A stretch of 32,000 bases of DNA from Candidatus Micrarchaeota archaeon. GTDB taxonomy: Archaea; Micrarchaeota; Micrarchaeia; Micrarchaeales; Micrarchaeaceae. Position numbers and translations under genes: made by a program. The stretch covers positions 14,007 to 46,006 of the forward strand of contig JAGWHK010000001.1 in assembly GCA_028866775.1 (NCBI GenBank), written 5' to 3'. Positions 22,315 to 30,885 of the stretch are shown here, piece by piece (the first letter of the stretch is position 1; every line of letters begins with the position of its first letter). The notes beneath the pieces are model-generated. The model was given only the letters and a program-made list of their open reading frames with translations. It was not told where the DNA came from and did not search any database.

Positions 22315-22876
22315 GCGCCTTCAGCTCCTTCAGCAATACAGGAAGCTGGGTCACGTCGTCCTCATCAGTGAAGTGGCCCCTCTTTTGGTCCAGCACGATT
22401 TTGGCGGAAAGCTCCCTCTTTAGGATCTCTGCCTCGCTGGAGGGCACGTACGGATCGTCATCCGAGCATATGTCCACGATCTTGCCTGCATGCTCCCTTA
22501 TATTGCCCCACTTTATTGGGGTCTCGAGCCATGGCCTTGCGATCTCTGGCTCGCCTTCCGACAGGTTCGTGAGCGTATTTATCCATGGCGCCACCAGCAC
22601 AGCGCCTCCCGCCCTTGTGCCATCAGGAAGGGTCTCGAGGAGCCTTAGGACTGCCTGGCATCCTATGCTGTGGCCCACGAAATAGGTATTGCCATCAACC
22701 GCGCCGGCCACGCCCTTCAGGAATGGCACCCACTGGTCGATCCTTGGAGCGTTGGTGTTGGGCATGTCGGGCACCACTACTTCCGCACCGGACTTCTCCA
22801 TCTCGGCCTTTAACCATGGGATCCAGTCGCATGCCGAATTGCCGTACCACCTGTGCACCACGATGACCCTAACCAT
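22307..22876 (-). CDS. Alpha/beta serine hydrolase, YdeN/RBBP9 family
   Basis: VIVVHRWYGNSACDWIPWLKAEMEKSG...PDMPN, nucleophile elbow GHSIGC, and a late D...H (DDDPYV...RGHF). The ATG directly abuts the ferredoxin stop. Confidence 0.75.
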   Translation of the reverse strand: MVRVIVVHRWYGNSACDWIPWLKAEMEKSGAEVVVPDMPNTNAPRIDQWVPFLKGVAGAVDGNTYFVGHSIGCQAVLRLLETLPDGTRAGGAVLVAPWINTLTNLSEGEPEIARPWLETPIKWGNIREHAGKIVDICSDDDPYVPSSEAEILKRELSAKIVLDQKRGHFTDEDDVTQLPVLLKELKALI

Positions 22877-23320
22877 TCACCTCATCTCTTCGTGGCTCTC
22901 CCATGTCTGAGTGTTTGATTTTCTTCTGAGCGGCCTGTATATGTACTCGTGCCCCCAGGGATCCCTGACCTTTACCTTGTATGGCCTGGCCTTGGTGTAC
23001 TTGGACAGCGCGAATTCGTCCTTTGCCGGATCGATGTCGAGCATCGGGCCCTGCTTCGGCTGGTACCTGGGCTCCCTGTCGGTCTTGACTATCTCTATGC
23101 ACGATACAGGGCACTCGTTGGGGCATATCATGCAGCCCGTGCACTTGGACACCTGTATCGGATACTCCGTCATGAAGGTGGTCTGGTCAGTCTCTTTCTT
23201 CTCGTCTTCTACATGGGCATGCCGCGGTCTGGTGAAGTCAAGGGCATTGACAGGGCAGGCATCGCCGCATATGCCGCACTGTATGCATGTGGTGTTGTCA
23301 AAAGTGAACTTGAACGGCAT
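22877..23320 (-). CDS. 2x[4Fe-4S] ferredoxin-domain protein with a ~70-aa C-terminal extension
   Basis: Two CxxCxxCxxxCP motifs: CIQCGICGDACP and CTGCMICPNECP. A ~35-aa linker separates them. Confidence 0.85.
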   Translation of the reverse strand: MPFKFTFDNTTCIQCGICGDACPVNALDFTRPRHAHVEDEKKETDQTTFMTEYPIQVSKCTGCMICPNECPVSCIEIVKTDREPRYQPKQGPMLDIDPAKDEFALSKYTKARPYKVKVRDPWGHEYIYRPLRRKSNTQTWESHEEMR

Positions 23321-23324
23321 CCTG

Positions 23325-24101
23325 TCACTTCTTCTCGCTTGGCGGCATCACGTCCTTGACGACCGGCTTTGGCTTGGGCTCTATGAACCTGTTGAAGATT
23401 CCGCCCTTGAACGAATACAGGATCGCGACCAGCCCGCACAGCACCAGTATGCCGAAGCAGACGTAGAAGGTGTAGATCGATAGCGAGGGGTTGTTCACCG
23501 AGTTCAGGTAGACGTTGGCGAAGCCCCAGATGTTGGATGTGCTGTTCGAAACCGTGGGTGGCAGGATCGAGAGCGCCACCGGGCTCTCGGTTACCAGCAC
23601 TATGCCTGTTATGTAGAGAAGCGAACCGGCTATGACCAGTATCGTGAGCATGCTGTTGTAGAACGGCTCCTCGTCGGTGTCGACGACAAGCAGCATGACC
23701 AGCGCCATCGCGAATAGGTCTATCGAAAGAGGGGCAAACGGCATCCCTATAGGGAAGTCCTGATATACGCCGGGCCAGAAGAACATGAATCCAAGGAAGA
23801 CCATGAGGAATATGCTTGCATCCCTTAGGATTATGTAGATGAGCCACCACATGTCTGCGGCGAGCCTCAGGGTGAACTTCCTGAGTATCCTGAGAAAGTA
23901 TCCACGGGCTATCTGTATCGAGAGCGCAAGCACAGCGATCATCGTCAATATGACCGCTATCGTATTCTCCGTGAAGGTCGCGCCCGCGGCAACGTAGGTA
24001 CCGGAAGCGGCCTGAAGCAAGAAACCAAGCAAACTATCGCCGCGCAATTTAACGAAAGCAAGGTTTTTATGTTTTGGTGTCCAGTCGCGGTCGCCGATCA
24101 T
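23325..24101 (-). CDS. Hypothetical polytopic membrane protein (about 6 TM)
   Basis: 258 aa with multiple hydrophobic helices. Its stop lies 4 nt before the ferredoxin ATG. No family recognised. Confidence 0.65.
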   Translation of the reverse strand: MIGDRDWTPKHKNLAFVKLRGDSLLGFLLQAASGTYVAAGATFTENTIAVILTMIAVLALSIQIARGYFLRILRKFTLRLAADMWWLIYIILRDASIFLMVFLGFMFFWPGVYQDFPIGMPFAPLSIDLFAMALVMLLVVDTDEEPFYNSMLTILVIAGSLLYITGIVLVTESPVALSILPPTVSNSTSNIWGFANVYLNSVNNPSLSIYTFYVCFGILVLCGLVAILYSFKGGIFNRFIEPKPKPVVKDVMPPSEKK

Positions 24102-24157
24102 AGTCGGGTATTAATATAATTGGGTAACATTAGCTTTGTTCGGTTCAGTGGTGCCAG

Positions 24158-25579
24158 ATGATACTCTACAATACCCTTGCAAGGAAGGAGGAGGAGTTCA
24201 AGCCCGCAAACGGCAAGAAGGTCAAGATGTTCGTCTGCGGATTCACCGTATATGATGACGCCCATCTCGGTCACGCCAAGACGTTCGTCAACTTCGATGT
24301 CATAGTGAGGTGGCTGCGCCACCAGGGCTATGATGTCGAGTACATACAGAACATAACCGATGTTGACGATAAGATAATAAAGAGGGCCGCTGAGAGGAAG
24401 ATTGACCCCATCGAGCTTGCAAGGATGTACGAGAAACGTGCCCTTGAGGACTTGGACAGATTGGGGGTTAAGAAGGGCGTTACAGACTTTCCACGCTCGC
24501 ACGACTACATAGAGGCGATAGCAAAGCAGATACAGCTTCTGCTCGACAAGGGCTATGCGTATATTTTGGACGGGGATGTCTATTACAACGTGGCGAAGTT
24601 CCCAGATTATGCGAAGCTCTCCGGAATAAGGCTAGACGAGCTTGAGAAGCACAGGATCGAGCCCAGGGAGGGCAAGATCAATCAGTATGACTTCGCGCTC
24701 TGGAAGGCCTCCAAGGGGGGAGAACCCAGCTGGGAAATAATACTCAATGAGAAAGAGAGGACCGCGGAACTGGACGGCAGGCCAGGCTGGCACATCGAGG
24801 ATACCGCGATAACCTATGAGAAGTTCGGCCCCCAGTATGACGTGCATGGAGGCGCGAACGAGCTGATATTTCCGCATCACACGAATGAGATAGCACAGGC
24901 GGAGGCCGCTTTCGGGAAGAGGCCGTTCGTGAGGTATTGGCTGCACTCTGGGGTTCTCAATGTGAGGGGGCAGAAGATGAGCAAGAGCCTGAAGAACTTT
25001 GTCACGATACGCGAGGCGCTGGAGGGACACAAGCCAGAGGCGATAAGACTCCTCTTCTGCTCGACGCACTACCGAAAGGAGATTGATTATTCTGAAGAGT
25101 CCATAAAGGAGGCGGGCAAGAGGCTTGGATATCTCTACGCTGCCCTAGGAATATTCTATAACATGAAGGCCATTGCAAAGGGGCGGAACGATGATGAAGT
25201 TTTGGGAATTACCGATGCGCTCGATACCGAGTTCTCGGCCGCCATGGAGGCAGATTTCAACGCCCCTCTGGCTTTGGCAAACCTGGTAATTGCACTGAAC
25301 AGGCTGCGTGCATTCGCCGCAAACAACGAGGAGGTTGGAAGGTCCGCAAAAACAAAGGCGATAAAGAAGGTTCTAGAGATGGCCCAGATATTCGGCATAT
25401 TGGAGGAGGACTCTTACAAAGAGCCAATACCCAAGGAGGCGATAAGGCTTATTGAGGAAAGGGAGGTGCTTAGGAAGCAGAGGAAATTCACCGAAGCGGA
25501 CAAGATAAGGGAGGCGCTGAAGAGGCAGGGGATAATAATAGAGGATACAAAGGATGGCGTGAGCTGGCATCGGGGATGA
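24158..25579 (+). CDS. cysS: Cysteine--tRNA ligase
   Basis: HIGH motif (DDAHLGHA), KMSKS motif, WHIEDTAI/FPHH zinc-site region. 473 aa. Confidence 0.95.
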   Translation: MILYNTLARKEEEFKPANGKKVKMFVCGFTVYDDAHLGHAKTFVNFDVIVRWLRHQGYDVEYIQNITDVDDKIIKRAAERKIDPIELARMYEKRALEDLDRLGVKKGVTDFPRSHDYIEAIAKQIQLLLDKGYAYILDGDVYYNVAKFPDYAKLSGIRLDELEKHRIEPREGKINQYDFALWKASKGGEPSWEIILNEKERTAELDGRPGWHIEDTAITYEKFGPQYDVHGGANELIFPHHTNEIAQAEAAFGKRPFVRYWLHSGVLNVRGQKMSKSLKNFVTIREALEGHKPEAIRLLFCSTHYRKEIDYSEESIKEAGKRLGYLYAALGIFYNMKAIAKGRNDDEVLGITDALDTEFSAAMEADFNAPLALANLVIALNRLRAFAANNEEVGRSAKTKAIKKVLEMAQIFGILEEDSYKEPIPKEAIRLIEEREVLRKQRKFTEADKIREALKRQGIIIEDTKDGVSWHRG

Positions 25580-25580
25580 G

Positions 25581-26123
25581 ATGAAGGAAAAACTCGTTTA
25601 CAAGGGCCCGATCTTCAGGGTGTACCAATGGAAGCAGCGAATGTTCGACGGGACCTACAAGACGTTCGAGAGGGCCGAGAGGCCGTCCTCTGCGGAGATA
25701 ATAGCTGTGGTGGGAGGTCGGATTGCCATCGCGGAGGAGAGGCAGCCTGGCGGGAAGGGATTTATCGGCCTGATCGGAGGCAGGATTGACGAGGGCGAGA
25801 CGCCTCTCGCCGCGGCCAAGAGGGAGCTCTTGGAGGAAGCGGGGATGAGGGCGGCCGGATGGAAGATTCTTAGGGCGTTCAAGTCCAGCTCAAAGAAGCT
25901 CAAATGGGACGTCTACCTTTTGGCGGCACTTGATTGCAGGAGGGTCGGAAGCCAGAAACTTGACAGCGGTGAGAGGATAAAGGTACGGTACATAACCCTA
26001 GAAGAGCTGCTGGACTGGGGAAAGGACACGGCGCGCATAGGCCCGGATATCGCGCTTTACTTCAACGAGCTCAGACATGATCGCGGGGCGAGGAGACGGT
26101 TAGAGCGCATCTTGGGGCTCTGA
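25581..26123 (+). CDS. Nudix hydrolase (ADP-ribose pyrophosphatase-like)
   Basis: Nudix box GGRIDEGETPLAAAKRELLEEAGM. The ATG lies 1 nt after the cysS stop. Confidence 0.85.
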   Translation: MKEKLVYKGPIFRVYQWKQRMFDGTYKTFERAERPSSAEIIAVVGGRIAIAEERQPGGKGFIGLIGGRIDEGETPLAAAKRELLEEAGMRAAGWKILRAFKSSSKKLKWDVYLLAALDCRRVGSQKLDSGERIKVRYITLEELLDWGKDTARIGPDIALYFNELRHDRGARRRLERILGL

Positions 26124-26652
26124 TTCCCAGGAATCCTGTTCCCTCCTTTGCGATCCTTCTCAGCATTGATGCGATCCCTGCCTGCTTGTATTTCTCTGCC
26201 AAGTTGGCAGCCTCGAGGATCTCGTAGTGCGCCTCGTAGGATTTTGGGTATCTGACCGCGATCGCCCTTACAGTGCCGGTCCTTCCTGCGGCAGAGGCAA
26301 GAGCCAACGGGGTGAACCCCTGCGAGTTCCTCGGGTTGATCAAGGCATGCCACGAATCGAGGAGGCGCTCGGCCTTCGAGCTTAGCCCCCTGATCGATAC
26401 ATGGTGCATCGATGTGTTGAGGTCCATGTCTACCGCATTCACCTTGGCGTCCATGCAGAGCATGCGCTCCATCTCCCTAATCGTGCCGGTTGCCGCTGCA
26501 GTTATCAGGCTGTTGTTCAGCACCCTCAACTGCGCCTCGGGATTTTCAGTATCCCTGAGCAGAGAGGCCGGGACGAACCTGAGTCTTGGCATCGTGACCC
26601 TTATGTGAGGGGCCTTGCTGGCCTCCCTGATGTGTCTGTTTGTAATATGCAT
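26071..26652 (-). CDS. Ankyrin-repeat protein (about 3 degenerate repeats)
   Basis: SQGFTPLALASAAGRTGTVRAI plus two weaker upstream repeats (LITAAATGTIREMERML..AKVNAVD; NTSMHHVSIRGLSSKAERLL). It has its own TATA, CCTTAAATAATAAGG, ~33 nt upstream. The 3' end overlaps the Nudix gene convergently. Confidence 0.6.
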   Translation of the reverse strand: MHITNRHIREASKAPHIRVTMPRLRFVPASLLRDTENPEAQLRVLNNSLITAAATGTIREMERMLCMDAKVNAVDMDLNTSMHHVSIRGLSSKAERLLDSWHALINPRNSQGFTPLALASAAGRTGTVRAIAVRYPKSYEAHYEILEAANLAEKYKQAGIASMLRRIAKEGTGFLGIRAPRCALTVSSPRDHV

Positions 26653-26724
26653 TTTATCAAAGATTCCTTCTGCTCGCCTTATTATTTAAGGGTTGCGGGG
26701 CAGCATTGGCGAGATGGCGTAGGC

Positions 26725-27648
26725 CTACTTAACTGGCAGGGTCGCGATTATACCGTCTATTATGCCGTTTACCCCTATTCCCCCTGTTGACCTCACGACC
26801 AGCCTGTGGCTCAGCACCGGCTTCGCCAGGAACTTTATGTCGTCTATCGTGACCTCGCTCCTGCCCTGTATGAGCGCCCTCGCCTTGCCGCATCTCATGA
26901 AGCTTATCTCTGACCTGGGGCTTCCGCCCAATATTACATGTATATCTGTCCTGGTGGCGTCGACTATCCTCGTCACATAGTCTATAACGTTGGGGGGCAT
27001 CTTGATCTTCTCAACGTCCTGCTGCATCCGCAGTATCTCCTCCAGCCCTATCACCTTGTTGGTGACCACCTTCATCTCGGTTTCCTTCAACTTCAGCATC
27101 TCCACCTCCTCCCCCATGGTCGGATATGTGACGGCAATCCTCATCAGGAACCTGTCGGCCAGCACCTTCGGGATCGCGACAGTCCCCTCCACGCTGATCG
27201 GGTTCTGGGTCGCGTATGCTATGAAGGGGTCCATGAGCGGAAGGCTCGCATCCGCGCCGGCTATCGTGACCTGCCTCTCCTCCAGGGCCTCCAGGAGCCC
27301 GGCTATGGTCCTCTGCGGCATCCTGTTGAGCTCGTCGATGAGGAGCAGGTTGGTGAAGATCGGGCCCTTCTTTAGGACAATGTTATGCGTGTGCTCATCC
27401 ATGTAGGTGTAGCCTATTATGTCTGGAGTTGTCAGGTCAGGCGTTCCCTGTATCCTCTTGAACTCCCCGGACATCGAATCCGCGAGCGCCTTTGTCATGG
27501 TGGTCTTGGCCACTCCTGGCATGCCCTCCAGGAGGACGTGGCCGTTCGCCACCAGGGCTATGAACATGAGCTCTATCACATCGGTCTTCCCGGCTATGTG
27601 CTTGCGCACCTCCCCCAAGACAGCTTCCCATGCCGATTTGGCGTCCAT
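26725..27648 (-). CDS. MoxR-family AAA+ ATPase
   Basis: GHVLLEGMPGVAKTT (Walker A), LLLIDELNRMP (Walker B), TIAGLLEALEERQVTI, QNPISVEGT. The start is taken at ATG 27648 (MDAKSAWEAVLGEV...), which gives a typical N-terminus. The longer track ORF would overlap rpoF. Confidence 0.9.
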   Translation of the reverse strand: MDAKSAWEAVLGEVRKHIAGKTDVIELMFIALVANGHVLLEGMPGVAKTTMTKALADSMSGEFKRIQGTPDLTTPDIIGYTYMDEHTHNIVLKKGPIFTNLLLIDELNRMPQRTIAGLLEALEERQVTIAGADASLPLMDPFIAYATQNPISVEGTVAIPKVLADRFLMRIAVTYPTMGEEVEMLKLKETEMKVVTNKVIGLEEILRMQQDVEKIKMPPNVIDYVTRIVDATRTDIHVILGGSPRSEISFMRCGKARALIQGRSEVTIDDIKFLAKPVLSHRLVVRSTGGIGVNGIIDGIIATLPVK

Positions 27649-27727
27649 CAGAAACCCTTTTATAACCTCAGTAAGGAATTGTATAGAAGGCTTATTAAAC
27701 TGATTAGCAAAAGCCTCAGTGGTAGTC

Positions 27728-28054
27728 ATGATAGGGAAAGAAGTGAAGGGGAGCAAGCCGGTCTCCATATCGGAGGTGGCAAAGATACTGGAGGAGAACT
27801 CCGGGGCCACGCCTACTTATGAGCAACAGGTCGCGCTCGAGCACGCCAAGAAGGTGGCGGAGGGAAAGAGCCACGAGAAGGTCAGGAAGGCACTGGAGGG
27901 GCTCAACCTTATGTCAGAGGCAGGAGTCATAAAGGTTCTCGAGACCTGGCCAAAGAACATGTCGACGCTGAGGCAGGTCCTCTCCAGGGAGAAGAAGACC
28001 TTCAGCGACGAGGATCTAAACAAGGTCCTGGAGCTAATCAAGGGCGCAAAGTAA
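27728..28054 (+). CDS. rpoF: DNA-directed RNA polymerase subunit F (Rpo4)
   Basis: MIGKEVKGSKPVSISEVAKILEE...YEQQVALEHAKK, ~108 aa. It resembles archaeal RpoF and precedes DUF655 in the conserved synteny. The track start 27719 is GTG. Confidence 0.8.
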   Translation: MIGKEVKGSKPVSISEVAKILEENSGATPTYEQQVALEHAKKVAEGKSHEKVRKALEGLNLMSEAGVIKVLETWPKNMSTLRQVLSREKKTFSDEDLNKVLELIKGAK

Positions 28055-28065
28055 ACGGGGTTTGG

Positions 28066-28644
28066 ATGGAAGAACGAGAGGAAAGAAGAGAGGAGTATGC
28101 CTACGTTCTGGACTATTTGACCAGCGGCAAGTCCCACTCAAGCAGGTCGGAGCCCCTGACGCAGATGATAGGCGAGGAGAAGTTCACGCTCCTTGAGGCG
28201 ACAGCGAAGCCCGGAGCGAGCATGACAATCGGCGAGAGGGTCTACATAGGCAAGGACGAGAGGGAGAAGATACTGCTCATAAAGTCCAGGATCACCTGGG
28301 ACGAGCTTACCACTGCAGCGAAGGGCGACATAGACGCCATAGTCCTCAGGATCATACAGTCCAACGAGAAGAGGTTCGTCGACATATTCAACAGCGCGGG
28401 CCCGCTCAACATAAGGGAGCACGCGCTCGAGCTACTTCCCGGGATAGGGAAGAAGCACCTTGAGGCGATACTGAAGGCGAGGGAGCAGAAGAAGTTCGAG
28501 AGCTTCGCCGACATAGCGTCGAGGATACCGCAGCTGCAGGACCCCAGCAGGCCCATCAAGGAGAGGATAATCGCAGAGCTGCAGGGCAACGAGCGCTTCT
28601 ACATGTTCACAAAGCCATACAGGAAGATCCCCGGACGGTTCTGA
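28066..28644 (+). CDS. DUF655-family protein (archaeal, putative nucleic-acid binding with HhH)
   Basis: EEYAYVLDYLTSGKS...EKFTLLEA...GERVYIG...RFVDIFNSAGPLNIREHALELLPGIGKK. Conserved position after rpoF. Confidence 0.8.
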   Translation: MEEREERREEYAYVLDYLTSGKSHSSRSEPLTQMIGEEKFTLLEATAKPGASMTIGERVYIGKDEREKILLIKSRITWDELTTAAKGDIDAIVLRIIQSNEKRFVDIFNSAGPLNIREHALELLPGIGKKHLEAILKAREQKKFESFADIASRIPQLQDPSRPIKERIIAELQGNERFYMFTKPYRKIPGRF

Positions 28645-28659
28645 TCTCCTGCTTCCGCC

Positions 28660-29625
28660 TCAGTCGGCGTATATTATCTTGCTTCCTTCGAAATCGAATT
28701 TTATCGGCACCCTCTTGAGGCCGCTTACCTTTACTATGCTTTCCTGCATACTCGGCTTGGCAAACGCCAAGAGAAAGCCCCCGTAACTCGCACCTATGCT
28801 CTTGACCGGAACCCCCTCCTTTTCTATTTTTTGGCAGATGCGATCTATCATGCTTTCCTTTCCCTTGTCCCCGCCCTTTATCTTCAGCCTGTTCCCCTTC
28901 AGGATAAAATTCCCTGTTTGCTCCCAGTTCCCTTGCAGTAGCTCATAGTAGAGCTCGTAAGCCATTCTCTTTCGCTCCATCATCTGCTCTTGGTTGTTGA
29001 AGAGCGGCACCTCTTTCAGTGTTTGTTGCGCCGACCTGGTCATCCCCAGGTTAAGCAGCAGCATACGCTTCTGCAATTCCATTATGGAATCGTGGTTAAG
29101 CGCTATTCTTTTAGGCTCGAAGCTCCCATTCCTATTGAATTCGAACAGGTTTATTCCCCCGAATGCCGCTGCCGCCTCGTCCTGCATCCCGCAGTTTGTC
29201 TTTAGCCTCTTGTTCTCTATGCGAAATGCGGCCCTTACCAGTTCTTCCCTTGTAACTGGTATCTGCTTCCACGCGTAGAGCGCATTCAGGAGCCCAACGG
29301 TAAATGTTCCGCTTGAGCCCAGTCCAGATCCCTTTGAGGTTATGTCTGCCAGGCTCGCTATCTCTAGCGGCTCCCTAATTCTTAGCAGCTTGAATGCCTC
29401 CCTGTAGATTGGGTGGCTTATTTGGTCTGAACTCTTGACCTCCTCATTCTTCGAGTACCTAAGACGGATTTTGTCATCGAAGGATTTGTGCACAAAGATG
29501 TAGATGTGCTTGTTGATCGCTGCATTCAATACCGCGCCCCCCTCCTTCCTGCTGAAATACGGAAGGTCGGTTCCTCCCCCTGCGAAGGTTATCCTCAAAG
29601 GCGTCCTGCTTATCACGTTTTGCAT
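28660..29625 (-). CDS. hddA: GHMP sugar kinase, D-glycero-D-manno-heptose 7-phosphate kinase (HddA)-like
   Basis: ISRTPLRITFAGGGTDLPYF, GHMP motif SKGSGLGSSGTFTVGLLNAL, and GMQDEAAAAFGG. Last gene of the sugar operon. Confidence 0.8.
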   Translation of the reverse strand: MQNVISRTPLRITFAGGGTDLPYFSRKEGGAVLNAAINKHIYIFVHKSFDDKIRLRYSKNEEVKSSDQISHPIYREAFKLLRIREPLEIASLADITSKGSGLGSSGTFTVGLLNALYAWKQIPVTREELVRAAFRIENKRLKTNCGMQDEAAAAFGGINLFEFNRNGSFEPKRIALNHDSIMELQKRMLLLNLGMTRSAQQTLKEVPLFNNQEQMMERKRMAYELYYELLQGNWEQTGNFILKGNRLKIKGGDKGKESMIDRICQKIEKEGVPVKSIGASYGGFLLAFAKPSMQESIVKVSGLKRVPIKFDFEGSKIIYAD

Positions 29626-30281
29626 TTGCCCTTCACCTTCGCATACTCGGTTATGAACTCGTTTATGGTGCTTTCGGTTCTCGGGTGCAGCGGGATCTTG
29701 CGTAATATGGCTGATGGCACAGTTAGAACATGCGCGCCGGCCTTCTCCGCCCTGGTGTAGTCGCCGACCGACCTTAGCGAGCCCGCAATTATTTTTGAGT
29801 TTAGTTTATGCAAGTCCAGGAGCTCCCTTGTCTCCCTTATCACCTGCGCCCCATCCACACCCATGTCCTCTATGCGGCCCATGAATATGCTTACATATGT
29901 CGCACCCGTCTTTGCCCCGAGAATCGCCTGGTTGCAGTTCATGCAGGCGGTCATGTTGGTCTTGACGCCCTCCCTGTTGAGCAGCGTTGAGGCCTTCAAC
30001 CCATCCGGATTCAGCGGAAGCTTAACTACTATGTTCTGATCCTTCCTGTTCCAGCCTGAAATCTCCTTGGCCTCAGCAAGCATGGCCTTCAGGTCGTTAG
30101 TGGTCACCTCTATGCTTGTCGGTCCCTGGACAAGCTTGAGGATCTTTATCATGTGGCCCTTCATGTCTGTGATGCCCGCCTTCGCCAGAATCAGCGGGTT
30201 GGTGGTGCAGCCGTCAAGGATTCCCCAGGCCTTGAACTCCTTTAGGTCATCCAGGTTCTCGGTATCCGCGAATATCTTCAT
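29613..30281 (-). CDS. Transaldolase / fructose-6-phosphate aldolase (short type, ~220 aa)
   Basis: MKIFADTENLDDLKEFKAWGILDGCTTNP, VVKLP (Schiff-base Lys region), and VSIFMGRIED. Confidence 0.9.
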   Translation of the reverse strand: MKIFADTENLDDLKEFKAWGILDGCTTNPLILAKAGITDMKGHMIKILKLVQGPTSIEVTTNDLKAMLAEAKEISGWNRKDQNIVVKLPLNPDGLKASTLLNREGVKTNMTACMNCNQAILGAKTGATYVSIFMGRIEDMGVDGAQVIRETRELLDLHKLNSKIIAGSLRSVGDYTRAEKAGAHVLTVPSAILRKIPLHPRTESTINEFITEYAKVKGKCKT

Positions 30282-30285
30282 TCTC

Positions 30286-30885
30286 TCACCATAAAATAAT
30301 ATTATTTGCTCTTTGCCTTGGCCTCAGCGTTGGGTGGTTTACGAGCAGATGCCACACGACGGCCTGAAATTCCTCTGCATGCGCCGTCCTCCTTTCAATG
30401 GAAACCGTAGGTATCACAACGCATACGTCGGCTTTTTGTGCGGTGTAGCCCCTGTCCGACCCGACCACCCCGATTATCCTGCTTTTCCTCTGCTTGGCGT
30501 AGTCGATGGCCTCTATTATGTTGGGGCTTATGCTTCTCTCGGAATCTCCACCGTTTACCGAGAATATCATTATTGCGTCGTTCTTGTTCAGCCTGCTTAC
30601 CCTCAGGTAATTTATAAACGTCTTGGAGAGGCCCTCGTCGTTTACCCTTGCGCTGAATTCAGCCACATTGTCAGTCGGGGTATGCGCGTCTATCCTGCAT
30701 ATCTTCCTGAAATCGTTCACGGCGTGGCTAGCATTCGCTGCCGAGCCACCGAGACCAAGGATGAACAGCCTTCCTTTGTCGTCTGCGCACCTTCTTAGCA
30801 GGCCCACCATCTTTTCAATCGCATCCGTGTCTATCTCTTTACATATCTTCCCGCTTTCCCGAAGATATTGTTTTGTATATTGCAT
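30286..30885 (-). CDS. gmhA: SIS-domain sedoheptulose-7-phosphate isomerase (GmhA-like)
   Basis: GRLFILGLGGSAANASHAVNDF, IMIFSVNGG, and IGVVGSDRG...ADVCVVIP. Confidence 0.85.
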   Translation of the reverse strand: MQYTKQYLRESGKICKEIDTDAIEKMVGLLRRCADDKGRLFILGLGGSAANASHAVNDFRKICRIDAHTPTDNVAEFSARVNDEGLSKTFINYLRVSRLNKNDAIMIFSVNGGDSERSISPNIIEAIDYAKQRKSRIIGVVGSDRGYTAQKADVCVVIPTVSIERRTAHAEEFQAVVWHLLVNHPTLRPRQRANNIILW

